A stretch of 64,000 nucleotides of DNA from Diplonema japonicum (Eukaryota > Protista > Euglenozoa: Diplonemea), in assembly GCA_964019335.1 (NCBI GenBank), contig OZ025721.1:310001-374000 (forward strand), written 5' to 3'. Positions 62,340 to 64,000 of the stretch are shown here, piece by piece (within the stretch, counting starts at the first letter, position 1; every line of letters begins with the position of its first letter). The translations under genes were made by a program, and so were the position numbers. The notes under the pieces are model-generated. The model ran no database searches, was not told the DNA's origin, and worked only from the letters and a program-made list of their open reading frames with translations.

Positions 62340-62342
<3 letters not shown>

Positions 62343-63338
62343 GCAATACTGTTGCCCCAATAATGACCCTTTTTTTAGGGGGGTTTTTTTTTTATATTCC
62401 TCCGTTTCACAACCGAAAAGAAGAAAAAAAATAAGAAGAAGAAAAAAAAAAAAGAAGAAACCGCACAAATGAAGAAATTAAATACAAGAAAAAAAAAAAG
62501 AAAAAAAAGAAGAAACCACACAACCACAGTAAATAAAATTATTTCACCCCCCCCCTATTTTTGTATTACTTTTGACTATTCCTAGGAAGCGCTGTTAGTT
62601 GATTTTATACAGGTTTTTTTTTTTTTTTTGAGATGACTGATAACCTCAGCTATAAAATCCGTGCGCGCAACAAAAGAGCCGGAATAGGTTTTTTTTTTTT
62701 TTTTTTTTTTGCTTTCTCTCCCCTCCCTCCCTCTCCCCATATTTTTTTTGTTCAAAGGAAAAAAAAAAGAAATGACGAAGAAACGGAAAAAGAAAACAAA
62801 AAAAAAACAAAAAAAAAACAAGGAAAAAGAAAAAGAAAAGAGAAAAAAAAAGAAAAAAAAAAACAACTCCCTTCTCCCTCTCATCATCCCCAATTTACAC
62901 TTTTTTGCTCCCAAAGGATTTTTTTTTCTTCATACACACATTGAGTAAACATGAATTAAAAAAAAAGAAGAAAAAAAAAAACAGGAGTCAAAATTCAAAA
63001 CCTTTTATACTTTTTTCTTTCTTTTTTTTTTACTTCCTTTCCCCATCTTTCACTTTATATTTTTATTTATTTATTTACGAAAAAAAAAACAAAAAACTTC
63101 TCTTTCTTTCTTCCCCCCCCCCCCCTTTCTTTTTTCAGGTCTCAGGAAAAGTATCCCCCTTCTCCACCAAAAGAAAAAAAATTGGACCAATGAAAAAACT
63201 AAAAAAGAAAGCCCCCCCACCTTTTTTTTTATATATTTTTTTTTATAACACCCCATTTTCCACCTTTTTCTTTTTCCTTTTTTTTTTTTTTTTTTTTTTT
63301 TTCCCTCAGCATTGTAACATCATGTGTGAAGATCTTTT

Positions 63339-63371
<33 letters not shown>

Positions 63372-63374
<3 letters not shown>

Positions 63375-64000
63375 TTCCGAAGAAACCTTCGCTTGCTGTG
63401 CGTACCAAGGTACTCCGCGACAGAGTGCGTCGGGGGTGTTAAAATAGATGCTCCAGGCGGCCTGGATTTATGGCTGGTAGAGGGGCACCTTTGCACTCTT
63501 GCCTTGGTGAAGGGGTCTCGAAACGAATCCCTCATGATGCTGGACGGTGGCTTCAGGGGCGATGGCGCCGTTCTGAAGAAATTCGTGAAAAACAACAAGC
63601 TGCCGAAGATAAAGGAAGTCGTGTGCACGCATGCCCACCCCGACCACTGCATGGCACATACCGGCCTCGCTAACATCACCACATACTCCCCGAAAGGTAT
63701 CGAAGAATGGTACCAAGGCTCAACGGGGAAATTACAAAAATGCATAGATTATGCTTTGGGTACCACGGCGGCATTGTTCAGAGGGAAGCCCTTCAGAAAT
63801 CCTTACGGGAAAACAGGATACTCACCTCGTACAAAATCAACCGAAATACACCACGGGTCAACAATACCAGGGTCGGAATGGACCGCAGTGGACCTCCCAG
63901 GTCACACTCACCACATGCTTGGCCTGTATCATAAAAAAGCAAAGATTTTTTACGCGTCTGATCTGTGTGTTGTGCTTGGTAAAGATAGAATTATGCCGCC
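63372..64000 (+). CDS. Metallo-beta-lactamase-fold hydrolase with short mitochondrial-type presequence (partial, runs off the right edge)
   Basis: Manual translation: MFRRNLRLL..LWLVEGHLCTLALV..MMLDGG..VVCTHAHPDH (63627-63647)..WY.G..PGHTHHMLGLYH..FYASDL. No stop up to the window end, hence missing from the ORF track. Confidence 0.85.

Noticed and set aside
1-64000. CRISPR arrays, tRNA, rRNA or spliced-leader RNA genes
   Set aside because: None recognisable by eye. The 180-nt repeat at 6664/8523 is better explained as a LINE 3' end than as a host RNA gene.

Overview
Eukaryotic protist DNA, most likely a euglenozoan of diplonemid type. This is inferred from short GTATGY...CAG introns, host genes all on one strand, an 'MFRR..' mitochondrial presequence and Ingi/L1Tc-like retroposons. 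Bases 1-10.45 kb are a head-to-tail stack of four minus-strand APE-RT-RNase H non-LTR retrotransposons from two families. The stack holds one near-full-length two-ORF copy with a StopGo/2A motif (LLSCGDIEANPGP) and three 5'-truncated copies; the junctions repeat the word (GT)GATTTATTTT, which points to an insertion hot spot. From 11.4 kb onward five plus-strand host genes follow: an SRPK-family kinase; a tandem CCCH zinc-finger protein; a giant ~12,923-aa type I membrane protein; a four-TM protein; and a partial bacterial-like metallo-beta-lactamase-fold protein. The giant gene has a 34.4-kb first coding exon and encodes Gly-rich, vWA, >100 laminin-EGF-like repeats, C-type lectin, Ig/cadherin-like, LamG, IPT, REJ and degenerate GPS modules plus one TM. 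All eight introns I can reconstruct are 35-56 nt, are phase 0, and end in an A- or CA-rich tract rather than a polypyrimidine tract. Intergenic DNA is dominated by poly(dA)/poly(dT) runs whose lengths may be unreliable. All domain calls are by eye from motifs, not database searches.
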